Of a stretch of DNA of 64,000 nucleotides, positions 10,834-23,004 are shown one piece after another; positions within the stretch are counted from its first letter, which is position 1; each line of letters begins with the position of its first letter. Position numbers and translations under genes: made by a program. This stretch comes from Blastocladiella emersonii ATCC 22665 (taxonomy: Eukaryota > Fungi > Blastocladiomycota), in NCBI GenBank assembly GCA_025594325.1, contig JANHCV010000009.1, positions 1,302,001 to 1,366,000 on the forward strand, written 5' to 3'. Below the pieces are notes generated by a model. The model had not been told where the DNA came from. It ran no database searches and saw only the letters and a list, made by a program, of their open reading frames with translations.

Positions 10834-12615
10834 GCGACCAGATCACGTTGCTCCCAATGACATCACTCCTGTGTCGCGTTACGCCACTTCGCTTCGGCTC
10901 TCGCTTCCGCTCTGCTCCCCTCCCGTATGCTCTCCTTATTCAATGAAGCTGAATAACTCTATGCAATGAATCTCATAAATCATGAACTCGACGGCAGGCT
11001 GGTCCCGTCTCTCCTTCAGCGCTTTTGGTGGCCCTCGTCCGGCAGCGTGGTGTTCTCGGCTCGACCGGTGACTTGAGTGCTCCGTTGGCATCGCTTTCGC
11101 ACTCTGTTCTTGATACTGCAGGAGCGCTGCTTAGGCGAGCTCGCGAGCAGAGAAGCATGCCGCGGGACCCTTTCACGTCGCCTGAGCTTGCAGTGCCTTG
11201 TCTCCTGAGGTGACCCAAGCTCGAAATTCTTGCTCATTGTGTCCTTATCCTTCCCCTGCTGTTGATGGACTCTCTCTTCCTGCGCCGCAGCCGTCGCCGC
11301 TATTACTACACTGCCGTTGTCCCCGCCAGGCCTAGCGTCGCGTCGCGTCTCGTCCTGGTTACTTGCCGCGGGACTTTGCGCTGAGCGACGCGGAGCGACG
11401 AAGCCGCGTGAACCCTCGCGACGAGTAGCTACTCGATATCTTCTTCTCGGCGGTATGAGGTGCGAGCTATGTTCCGAGCAGAGCGCGCAGCTGATTTCGT
11501 TCCAGCGCAAGCATGCGCGGCTCCATCGGCTGTGCTGCTCACCGGTTTTGTTCATGATCGCTGCAACCTGGCCGGTGGCGGAACGCGCTATTGGCTCGCT
11601 AGAACACCTTGTCGGCGAGCTCTATTTGATGCGCGCTGCGAATCATCATGACGTTCGACATCGTTGATATGCTTCCCACGCAATTTGTGCACGTCGACCA
11701 CCGCGCAGCTGAAGGCGAGCGAAAGTTGGCTGAGCAGGCCGTCGCGGCCGCTGATGCCAGCTTCTCACCAACAGGCGTGCGTCAGCACGAGCTTGACAGT
11801 CCTCCCGTTCTCGAGGTTCCACGTATTGCTGCATGGGCAAGTTTTGCCAGGTGGGGACGAACGAGACGAAGCGCTCCGCCCATGCGTGCATCATGATGCA
11901 CACGATGTTGATTAGCGCTGACGCGTCCCACGTCGCAACGAACGTCATCCCGCGGTCCGCCCTATCACGCGTCGACCTTGCGCAACCGTTCCACAGTAGG
12001 CCCGCTTCATCTGAGCGCTCTTGGTCCGTTTCTGAGAAACCAAGCTTGCTCGAGGTCTAAAACTAGATTGTGGCATGCGATGCACACGGTCACATTGTCG
12101 GCTGGTCTCTTAGATGAAAGATCGTCGCGTTGCGGGAGACCACGGGGAAGTTGAGTCGCTGGAAGCGCGCGCTAAGTGAAGGAAGTAAAGGCGGCCCGGT
12201 TGGCAACCTTCAGTTTGCTCCGTCCCGTCCGTAGTCGACTTAATCCAGCTCAACAGCAGGAAGGCGAGCAAAAGCGAGAGAAATAGGCGTGTCGGGACAG
12301 CTCCAACGCGCGATACTGACGCGTTGCGACCCTTTCTCTCGTTTCCCTCCATGTAACGCGGATCCGAAGCACGATATCAGTCAGCGCTACTACACCTGAA
12401 GCGAGTTCCGTGTGTTCCACTTCATAAATCATGCAGTTCCTTGCATCACGCGTCAATCGCGCGTCTGTAGTGCCAGGTGATCGCGGGCGAGAGGGCTTTT
12501 GGGCAAAGCCCCGCACAGTTGACACCCGAACGGAGTGAGTGGTGGAGGTACTGGCAATGCGAGACGCGTCGGAATATCACGCCAGCCTCACGTGATCGCT
12601 CCGCAGGTTGCTTGA
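10827..12615 (+). repeat. Left arm of diverged ~1.8-kb inverted repeat (partner ~23005-24959)
   Basis: Colinear blocks match the reverse complement of 23005-24959 (e.g. 10833 gatcacgttgctcccaatgacatcactcctgtgtcgcg; 12500-12560 gggcaaagccccgcacagttgacacccgaacggagtgagtggtggaggtactggcaatg). Inner end is fuzzy. Confidence 0.88.
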
Positions 12616-12670
12616 TTCGCAAGTTGCCACCGCGACGGCCTTCCTCTCGCCCCGAGACGAATGAAAGCAA

Positions 12671-14797
12671 ATGAACGCACACGACTTGTCGCAACAACTT
12701 CTTGGACTCGCGGCTTTACCGCCTGAGCTTTTGGTCGAGGTCCTTCAGCTTGCCGCGCCGCGGCACGCCGTGTGCACTTCGACCAGCGCCTTCCTGCGGG
12801 CCGCCGGCGAAGCACGCACCCTGTCAACATGGATGAGCCGTGTACTCCGGAGCAATACCTGTCCCGTGCTTCGCCAACACTACGCTGACGGCCCGCAATC
12901 GCTGGTCAACGATCTCGGTGCCTACCTTGAGCAAGAGCGTGTGCGTTTCCGGGAAGAGGTAGCGCCATTGGATACCCCCTTTTGCGCGGCTGTCGACGAA
13001 GCATCCCTTCTCGATGCTGCCTTCAAGTGGACAACTCAGCGCGTCGCTCCGATTCTCGCAAAACATGACACGGATGGCAAGCGCTTGAGCTCGCTCATTA
13101 TGCCCGTTCACATGTTGTCCGGTGAATCTCGCAAGACAGCTTCATTTTCGCGGACACCGCTCGCTTCCATGTTCCAGCTCATGGCACTCGCCCTGCTCCG
13201 CAAGGAGACACAGGCGTTTCGCCGAATGTTCGAGTGGATTGCTGACAGAGTACCACGCTTGCTGACCCTGAGGCTCAGGTCAGATGTATTTATTTTCTTG
13301 TCGCTCGAGGTGACAAAGCTTCTCGCAAGCGCCCTCGCCGAAACAATTAAATCCCAAGGATTGACGCTGGTCGAGTTTCTTGGGCTTCTCGCCATGTTTC
13401 TCTGGGACGCGGACTCGGTCCAATATCTGTGCGGCTCCCCGTTTCGTCTCAACATGGCTTGGATGGCCAAAGTTCCCCGTGCCGAGCTCACTTCTAACTG
13501 GCTTCTGCAGAATCTCGAAGTTGCACAGCCTCGCTCATTACCTTGCGTGATTTGGCTTCTCGATTTCTTGTTCGAGCAATGTTGGCCGGCCGGTCACACT
13601 GTGTTTGAACAGCTGGATCATCTTCTCTTCTACCTGACCGCTTTGCAGTCACCGAAACCACTTGCTCACGTTCTGGCTACGCACTGTACCCAAGATGTCC
13701 TGTCGCAGGTAACGGAAGAGGGGATGCGCACTATTCTCGCGTCGAACTACGCCCAGTGGCCCTCGAATGAATCAACCGCGACTGCCCTGACGAGCATTCA
13801 CCGCCTGGGCCTGCTTGCTGACAGCTCATGGACCGTTATCCTTGGTCATGAGCTAAATCGCAGCCAAGGACGTGATTCGTCGACCTTCCCAATTTCGACT
13901 TTGGAGGAACTTGGCGTGCGAATCGAGAAAGTACTTTTGTTTGGCACGTCATTACTGTGACTTCCTGGCGGAACAACCGGTGCTTGACTGACAACACCTT
14001 ATGTAGCGGTCGCCACGATCGCTGCGGACAGAAACACGGCGAATCATACGCACATGCAGTTTCTTTTGCGCTACGCTCGCCTTCACTCGCACAGCGATTC
14101 TGCTTTCACTTCGACAGTGGCTAAATTCGCGGCGCTTATCGTCGTAGGACTTGTTCGATTGCAACAGGACGCGCCGGACCAGCTTCAAACCGCTGTCACA
14201 CCTGGTTCAATCGTCGATGCTTACTTTTCGGGCGCGGATCTTTCAGCACCTGATCTCTTGGACATGTTTCTCCTCGCAAACTATTTTCTCTCATCAAAGA
14301 GGCAGGTCAAGGTGGAATATGCGCACGCACTTGGTCCCCTCGTTGTGGCCATGCTGGAAAGCCCCGAGACTCGCGAGGCCGCCATGAATCTCATGCGCAA
14401 ATGCAACACAGCGCACCGTTTCCTTGGCATCATGGTCTCGGCGCAACTCAAACTCGACTCGGGCCGCCGCGTAATCTCGATCGACGGTGTCGCAGCAACG
14501 TGCGAGTGCTGCGACCTCGCGAGCCAAAACGCGTGGTTCAGCGCCCTTGGGCGGATCGCGCAACTACCGTCCTGCAACCTGTGGTCGCAACTCGACCGCA
14601 CTCTGCTCGAGACTGTCGCCGATCTGGTCCGTGATCCCGAGCTACGCGCCTCCCATCCCACGTACGAAAACTCGTCCGAGTGCGAGTTTGCGGAACGGTA
14701 CCCGTTGCGCCGCATGCTCGCGATCCTCACCGCTGGCGACGACGACGGCTTCCTTGCCCGTTTCGAAAGCAACCGGCACGAGTTCCCGCAGGAGTAA
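12671..14797 (+). pseudogene. F-box-like helical protein paralogue 1 (intron 13931-14006 leaves a 1-nt frame mismatch)
   Basis: N-terminal LAALPPELLVEVL F-box-like motif; second ORF 14054-14797 is homologous to the C-halves of paralogues 2 and 3 (TAHRFLGIMVSAQL; AWFSAL). Confidence 0.6.
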
Positions 14798-15048
14798 CTG
14801 CGGTACCAGGTCGCCTTGGGCGATTTTACTCAAGATGGTGCTGTGCGTAGTCGCCGAATCCAGTTGATTTGCCTATTACATATTTGTGCTTCGCCTCGAC
14901 CAATTAACCTTGCTGAGAGGATATTCCAGAACATTTGTGGCCGACGGCGATCAAGAACAGGTGACGCGAGTCCCACGGGGCGCAACGCGTCAAAGTCGCG
15001 TCGCTCGACCGCTGCTCCCTGCCATTCTTACTCCCCCGACGCAAACAA

Positions 15049-17506
15049 ATGGAAACGACTTCAGACTTGATGCAATGCAATTATCTCGAGGTGGACGGCG
15101 TCGAGCAGGCCCTTGCAACCTCAAACGCTCAACCCGCCAACTCTTGCTCGCTCGCATGGCTTCCAGACGTGGCGCTCACCGTCGTCCTTCAGCAAGCTTG
15201 CCCGCGCACGATTGTCTGCGCTTCTACGCGTGCGATAACGGAAATCACGCGGATTCGCTGCGTCAAACGCGTCTGGGCGCACATAGTGCTCCGGCGCCAC
15301 AGTAACCCGAAACTGTTAGACGTGTACGCCAGTTCTCTCAAACCGCGAGCCGTGGACGAAATGGCGTGGGCTTTCGATCAGCATAGAATCAACTCGATTC
15401 AACCCTCGCCCGTTGCGGGACTCGCTGTTCCCAGCCCAGACCTGCTCCTCGTCCTGTTGGAGTGTCTTCTTGTCGAGCTGCGTCGTCGCTACCCGGGAAA
15501 TTACCTCAAAGCAGCGATGAAGTCGTTCAACAAGTTCGTTGCGCAATACGTGCGCGCCCAGGCATCGCAGGAACCACCAGCTGTGCCATTCATCCATTGC
15601 TTTGCTAACCCGGAAACTTCGGCCTTTCGAATCGCGATTTACGCTGCTCGACATTGGCGCGGTGCACACTTCCGGGCGCTTCTCGCCTTGTTCGCTAGGC
15701 ATGCCCCGTCTCTCCTCAAGGCCAAGCTGCAGACAATGACGTGGTTGACTTTTTCGACGGAAACCAGGGAAATTTATACTTTCCTCATCTCGGACGAGAC
15801 CAGGCTACCTACAGCGTTGATCTGGGGGAACTCCTTTGTTCGACACCTGTTCGTTGTTGCAGCGACAACGTGGAACCGCGAAGCTTTCGATTCTTTCCGC
15901 TCCACCGCCGCGCCGAAGCTCGGCTTGAGCCTGCAGGTGCTTGCGCAGGCGCTCGGCCCAAACTGCGTGGCGTCCAGCGCGCTGACCTTGCTCCCGCGCG
16001 ACAAGGGTGTGCTGGCAGCCGACCTGTTCCCGATCCTCGAATACTTCCTCAGCTCCTGCCGACCGGGCCCGCTCCGGACTCTACATGGCGTTCATTACGC
16101 CGTGCTTTTGAGCAAGTGCACGACGACCAAACTTCTTGTTTACGCGGCTCGCCGATTTTCCGACCGTCTCCGCGAGGGCATCACCAGTGACGATGTCCAA
16201 ACGATCGCTCATCAAGTCGAGCAGTGGTGCTCAAGAAACGGGGGCATGAGCGAGGACGATATTGCGGTGCTGGATGACCAACAGCTTCTTGACGACACTG
16301 CTTGGGTTTACATCGTACTCATGGCTCTCCGTCAAGATGGCGTTTCGGATACGGGTGCGCTTGCTGTCTTTGCGGCTGCTCGACTCGGGTCACGTCTCGG
16401 GAACGTGTGTGTGTCAGGTACATATTTTCACAGTTGCTTGGGCCGGCTAAATCACTCATCCCCGCCGATCCCTGTAGCTTTCCGCCACTGTCTGTTGTTG
16501 GGTGCGGATGACGATCGGAGTGCCCGTAATCTTCTTCGCTTCGCTCTCCGACACCTTGGGGATCAACCAAGTGACGTCTTTGTTCACGAGTTGGAAACAC
16601 AGCTCAGCTCAGCCATCTCGAGCATTCTTGAACAGGAGGCCGAGGGAAAAATCAAGTACAAACGAGTCTGCTCCATCATGCGTCGAGTCTTTCTCTCTCA
16701 ATCCGAACTCGATATGTGGTTCCTCTTCCGCCTCGCCAGCGCGTTCCTTGCTGACCAGGATCGCCTCGATTGTCCCGGGATCGTGTTCGTGTCGGCATTG
16801 CCTGCCTTTTTTTCTCAGCAAGCCTATCTTCCGCGAACAGGCGCGTGGTCTTATTTGCAAGGACGGTACCGCGCGTGCATTTCTGGACGCCATGCTGATG
16901 GGCCAGCTTGGCAGCATTTCAGTGCAGTACCAGCTTCCTCCCAGCTCCGACCACAAGGAGCCCAGATATCGCGACCTGCTTTGCAACCCGTGTTGGTTCA
17001 CAGCTATGGAGTCGCTTCATGAACTCGCTTCCGCGAGCGGTGCGCGAGACCAGTTTCCGACAGTGCTCATCAGACAAATCGTCCATTTTGCCTTTGATAA
17101 CCCTGACCCTGCACCTCCTTGCGTTTTGACGCTCACTGCGGCCCTGCTTACCGAGTCGATTGACGAGGGTTACAAGTGCGCTGGCGACATCCGCGCCTCT
17201 CGAATCGTTGAAACGTTCCGTCTCCTCGCCCGACACGAGCTCGCAGCAACCCTTGGGCTGTGCGGGGCTCTGCAACGCGTCCCGCTTGCGTTTTTGGTGC
17301 TGATTCCTGACGGCGCGCTCGAGAGTGTCAAGGACGCGACCTGGATCGCGGCCATGCTCACTAAGCACCAGCGCGAATCTCCCGAGGTGGTGGCGATCGC
17401 GGTCGAAAAAGAGCTTCGTCGCGTTGCGCCGCTTGCCACCCAGTCACTCGAGTTCCTTGCCGCTGTGGGCGAGAATGCGGGGCGCAAGTGGTGTCGTATT
17501 CTCTGA
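15049..17506 (+). pseudogene. F-box-like helical protein paralogue 2 (phase-1 intron 16418-16477; +1 T at 16807-16813)
   Basis: LAWLPDVALTVVLQQACPR motif. Removing one T from the T7 run joins the ORF to 16502-17506 and gives a gapless match to paralogue 3 (SALPAFFLSKPIFREQARGLI vs SWIPTVVLGNPRTRDRALELI). Confidence 0.7.
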
Positions 17507-17791
17507 CTGCCGCCGGGTGATTAATGTTTGTTTCTTGAATCGCATATGAAGCACCCTTGATTGCACGATGGGTCATGTCTGATCAGCGGGAGCCTCAGGT
17601 TGTTGAGGTTAACCAGTGAAGAAGACCTCGGCCGGGGCCGCGTGGTTCATTTCCGACCGCCTCACGTGAACTGAAGAGCGTGCGGTTCACATCGGCCAAG
17701 CGGCGGCCAGGTTGGGACGCAAGCTCCAACCCTTGACCGCTCTCGCCGCTCTCCCGTTCGCCTCACCCCAATCGATGCAAAACCAATAAAA

Positions 17792-20201
17792 ATGGATCCG
17801 GACTTGGTGCAACACGATACGACAAGCTCTCGCCAGCCAACGGAAGGGGTGACGGGCATGGCACCCGTTGCGCCGACCTCGCTTGCATGGCTTCCCAACG
17901 TTGCGCTCACGATCATTCTTCAGCAAGTTCGACCGCGCTCGATTCTTTGCAACTCAACGCGTATGTTTGCGTCACTTGCGCGCGTCCGCGGGGTCAAACG
18001 CGCGTGGGCGCTCGTTGTGCTTCAGCGCCACGCTCCTCCGGACCTGCACGCTGAGTACGTTCGGACTCGCGGTCGGCAGACCGTGCATCGGATGGGCTGG
18101 ATCCTCGACCAGTTGTTCCTGAACTCAAAGCGATTCATGCGTCGTCCCAGCCTTATCACACCAAGCTCCGAGTTTCTCCTGGTCCTCTTGGAGTGCCTTC
18201 TTCTTGATCTTCGACGCCGTCATCACGAGGATTATGCCACAGCAACTCTCTGTGCACTCAATAACACAGACGGCTTCCAATCTCTTCGCTCTCCGCTTTC
18301 CGTGGGACTGGATGGGGACCCGGTTGGCTGCATCGCGTTTCGAGGCCTTTTGGCGCTCCGGATCGCCATTCATGCCGTAGAGTGCCACAACACCCGCCTA
18401 GTCACAGCCGCCCTCGATCTATTCGCCAATCACACCCCCGATCTCCTCGAAGCGAAAATCAGCAGCAATCTGTGCTGGCTCGCTTCCGTTGAAACTGAAG
18501 ATTATTTTGACGACCTCGAGCTGCAGCCTTCTGATCTAGTACATTCGACGTCGATCTCCTTTGCAAGTTACTTGCTTGCCCTGGCCGTGATTCAATGGAA
18601 CTCGGGGCTTTTCAAATACTTGACTGACAGGGGCTTTGTCACGGATTCACCCTCGCTTCCGCACACGTTTGGCCCCAATGCGTTAACGACGCTCGCACTG
18701 TACCACATTACGCGCGCCAAGGGAGTACCCGCGGCGGATCTCACCCCAATCCTCGACTACCTTCTCGACTCGTGCCAGCCTGATGTGCTTTGGACGCCGC
18801 GGGGTGTCCACTATGCTGTCCTCATGTGTGACTTCGATTCCCCTGCGCTTCTTGTTCACGCTACACGCCGACTTCCAGACCGTTTCTCAACAGACCTCGA
18901 CGACAACGATCGCTCTGAGATTGCTCGGGCCTTTGAGCAATGGCCCAATGCAATGACGGCGATGGATGTCAACGATGTCGCGCTTCTTAATGACCAGGGA
19001 CTCCTCGACTGCACAGCGTGGGGGTATATCATCGTCATGGCGCTTGACCAGGATGAGGGCACGGGAACAGGTCCACTAGCTACGCTGGCAGTTGACCGCC
19101 TCGGTCCAAGGCTCAAAGCGGCCTTGGTTGAAGGTACCACCTGTTGGCCATCACAACAGTTTTCGCTCGATTTACACTATTTGCGCCGTGTATGTAGCCT
19201 TCCACCGCAGAATGGCAAGAATTTTAGTGGACGAGCGCAGGGTTTACGCCGTCCTGAAGTTCGCCTGCCGGAGTCTTGGAGGCGAGCCAAGCAACGACTT
19301 TGCTCGCGAGCTCACTTTTCGAATGCGCACGGCCGCTCAGGTCTTTTCCTATAAGGCAATCTGCGCGGAATATTCCACCTGTAATATTCTCAGTCGCGTT
19401 TTCAACCCTTGGTCACACGTCGACCCATGGCTCCTATTCTGCATGGCCAACAACTACATTCGAGATGTTGATCTTTCACCCGGCTCCGATCCGCTCCTGT
19501 TTTTCTCTTGGATTCCTACCGTCGTTCTTGGCAACCCTCGGACTCGCGACAGAGCACTGGAACTCATTCGCAATGGGCGGACCGCACGCGCATTTTTCAC
19601 CGCAATGCTGATGGGCCAGCTGGACCTGGACGGTTACTCGGCCACGGACGACCTCGGGCCTGGGCCTGGCCAAGTTCGATCCGGTCATTGTGACCTACGA
19701 ACCAGCGCATTGTGGTTCACGGCGATGGAATCTTTGCAAGAGCTCAAATCCACGAGCAACGCTCTGAGCCCGAATCCAGGCGGGCTCGAGTACTGCATCG
19801 AACATGCTGCATTTGACGACCCAGACCAGCCCAGTCGCCTGACTCGCGAAATCGAGGCGCGCAAGGTTGCCGAAATCGTGGACGACGGGTGCGGTTGCGG
19901 CGGCATGCACGTACCCCGGATCACCGAGACGTGTCGCGTTCTCGCTTGACATGAACTCGCGGGAACTCTTAAATTGCACGAATATGGGAGACTGGTCCCG
20001 GTTGCGTTCTGGGAGCTTGTTCCTGACGGCGCGCTTGATGGCGTCAAGGACGCGAACTGGATTGCAGACATGCTCTCCGAGCACCAGCAAGAGTCGCCCG
20101 ACGACGTGGCGCTTGCCGTTGAGCGGGAGCTCTGTCGCGTTGCACCGCTGGCCACCCGGTCGCCCCAGTTTCGCGCTGTGGCCAAGACGGCGCGCGAGTG
20201 A
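17792..20201 (+). pseudogene. F-box-like helical protein paralogue 3 (phase-1 intron 19134-19197; in-frame TGA 19947-19949)
   Basis: LAWLPNVALTIILQQVRPR motif; the intron joins ORFs 17792 and 19092; TGA aligns to CGA (Arg) in paralogue 2 and the frame continues HELAGTL...VERELCRVAPLAT. Confidence 0.75.
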
Positions 20202-20589
20202 CCATGACGCAGTCCATTGTTGGGTCGAATGTGCGTGTTGAGTCAATATATTCTTGCCTGGATCCGCTCTTGGACAGGAGCGCGTGGTCCATTTGCGACG
20301 CGTCCCTCGTAACGCGCCGACGTGATCGCGGACGTTTCTCCCGGTTGGCCGAGCTTCGAGCCCAGGACTTCGATCTCAGATTTCGATCTTGGAGGACGAA
20401 TCCTTGATGCGCAAGTGCCAGCGTCAAAGAGTGGGGACGATCGAGAGTCCTTGACTCACGAGCGTAGAGCGCCTGCGTAAGCCAGCCTTGCGCATACTTC
20501 TCTTAAAGACAAATAAACGAGGCACTACACTGCGCTTTCGTGATCATCGCCCCGGATGAATAGCGACGGATGAAGTGTCGCTGACGCGG

Positions 20590-22816
20590 AAGCATCGTCG
20601 GACGTGGCGACCAAGGTCCTCACGACCATAAACCCTCAATCGGCGTTTGCAAACGGTATTTCTCGAGGTTACCCGTCGCGGCGTTCCAGAATCTAAGCTT
20701 GTTCCACGGACGCAACTCTTGGTGCGCTGCAGGAGCTCTCAACGTCATCGACCAACTTTTGGGTCAGCAACCCCGAGCGATACGACCTCGGCTGGCGCCT
20801 CATGGCCCTAATGCGACGTTTCGGCCTCCCTCTTGTCTCCTTTAAGTTGACGCCAAACCCGAACAACTCGCTGGCGCTCAACGTCTGGTGCGGCGGCGAC
20901 CCTGCGGAACTCGTGGCATGTCCTGCAGACGGCGGTGACCAGCAGTATCGCGACGCGGACGCGCGCATGATTGCCGCCTTCAACCTGTCACCTGAGCAGC
21001 TGTCGCTGCAGTCAACCTTCACCAAGGTCGCGGGCTCAAACCCGGCCATGCAGGCCGCGTGGTACCTGCACAGCCGCGGGCTCGTCATTGAGCACCTGTT
21101 TGGCTGGCTGATTGACAAGGGCGCCGCGTCGGACAAGCCGGGCGTTTTCGGCTGCACGCGCGCCTACTTCATGGCCGAGGAGACTCAGGCGCGGCACACG
21201 CTGCACTCGCGCCGTCTGTTGTGGCTCGTCGGTTTTCCTCGCACGACCGCGCAGTGGAACACCTATCTGACCAACGACGTGGTAAGCTCGCTCCGCTTTG
21301 CGCTATTTGGCCATGGTCACTCACAGTTTCTACACGGCCGTGCGTAGTGGCGCGAGAAGTCTTTCGACTCAAGCACCCATTAGTTGAGGACTTTCCGTGT
21401 CTTTGTGTACACAACACCGGCACGCCGTGCGCCTCGCACCCCGTGGCCGTCGAGATCCTGGCCAAGTACCGCCACTGCGTCAAGACCAACGTACCGCCGC
21501 CGGTCGTGGCCGTCTGCGCCGCCACCATGGCCACGTATGAGTCGCGCACCGCGCCCAAGACGGGCGACGCGTTGGTTCCTCAAGTACCTGATCCGAACAG
21601 CAACCGCAGCAACAACAGCAGACTCCGCCGCAAACCAACGCCTTCACGTCCGCCAGCTTCTCGACCACGACCTATAGCTCGACATCACCAACCTCGCCAC
21701 CTACGAGCAGCGCGAGCTGTGCACCGACGCGTAGATCAGCTCACTTCCCAAGAAGACTGACGGGCTGTCCGAGGTCCAGGACGTGCGCTCCATCCAGCTG
21801 ACCAAGCTACTGCGCCTCAAACAGACGCATCTGCACCCCCATCTCGCAAGTTGCACGGAATGTTGCAGAACGGACGAGGAAGGCGAGAGCAAGGTGTCCC
21901 GCTATGGTTTCCTGCGCGAGTGCATCGTCATTGTACATGCATCACCAAACCGCGCCTGCCGAGGCCGCATGGATCCAGGGTGGATCCACCTCGAGCCTTC
22001 CAGCGCTGAATCGACCTCTTGATCAACGCTTGATCCAGATTTCGCAGCCTGGATCCACCGTCATGAAAAGTGGATCCAGCCTTGACTGGCGCGAGCTGGA
22101 ATGAGCTTCGCGGCGACCTGGATTGAGACAATGGCATTGTACATTGCGGATTTCGAGGCTACGTACGGTGTTTACGAGTACTTCGGCCAGGAGCGGCAGC
22201 TAGCCGACGTTGATGTGTAGCACACCAACAGCGTCCGCCAACGCCATGGACGTTGACGGCGACACGACCGCGGCCTCAGCCAGAGGAGCGCCTTACGCGC
22301 GTCCATCCGCGTCATCGACCTCGCCGCCGGGCACTTTCATGCCGCAACGCGACATGATCAGCTGCTGGATCAACACGTACAGCACGATCTGGCGCGATAC
22401 TTCGCACAACGACGTGGGCCTCCGCATCCTCACGGTGTACGAAACATCGCTTGGTACCCTCTACCCGACCGAGTACTCGACCTAGGCGCGCGAGATCATC
22501 AAGAACCGCGCCGCCATCGTCGCCGCGTTCAAGGCACGCCACGAGCGATTCAATGCGCAGGACGACGCGCTCGCGCGCGGCCGCAAGAAGGTCTTGTCGC
22601 TTGCGTGCCACATGTCAGGCAACACCATCGGTATTCCTCGAGAACATGGCCGCGCTGCTCCTGCATAGGGCGGCCGCCGGGATCTTCGCGCACAAGTTCG
22701 CGCCACTGTTGCTGCACCAGGCGATGCGGTGGCTCGACCTCAGGAGCGTCACTGCTGGCGAGCAATCCAAGCGATGTCGTGAGCGCAAGGGCGCTCACGA
22801 GATGCTTGAGCAGTAG
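20590..22816 (+). mobile_element. Degenerate Helitron Rep (HUH endonuclease) fragment, no helicase
   Basis: Helitron Rep motifs in order: ALMRRFGLP..KLTPNP; GVFGCTRAYFMAEETQARHTLHSRRLLWL (motif 2, second His lost); QTHLHPHLASC..SRYGF; WINTYST..HNDV..YPTEYST* (motif 3 Tyr pair); ENMAALLL..IFAHKFAPL. Multiple stops and frameshifts. Confidence 0.85.
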
Positions 22817-23004
22817 CGGAGTAAGGAACTTGATGATGAGCGGTGACTTCAAACTCCCGCGTGATTTTCAGCGGTCTAAGGTCTCCCGCGCAAGCCGTCG
22901 CTCCAACGTGGCGGAGGGCTTTAGCCCTCAATTGAAGACCAGACGCGAAGCGTCTAGGTGGTTCAAGTAAAATCGGCGATGGTGACGGCCGCCCACGCTG
23001 TGGC

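Noticed and set aside
22941-22957. agacgc-gaa-gcgtct hairpin overlapping CTAG as a Helitron 3' terminus
   Set aside because: The hairpin overlaps CTAG rather than lying ~10 nt upstream, and no matching 5' end could be fixed.
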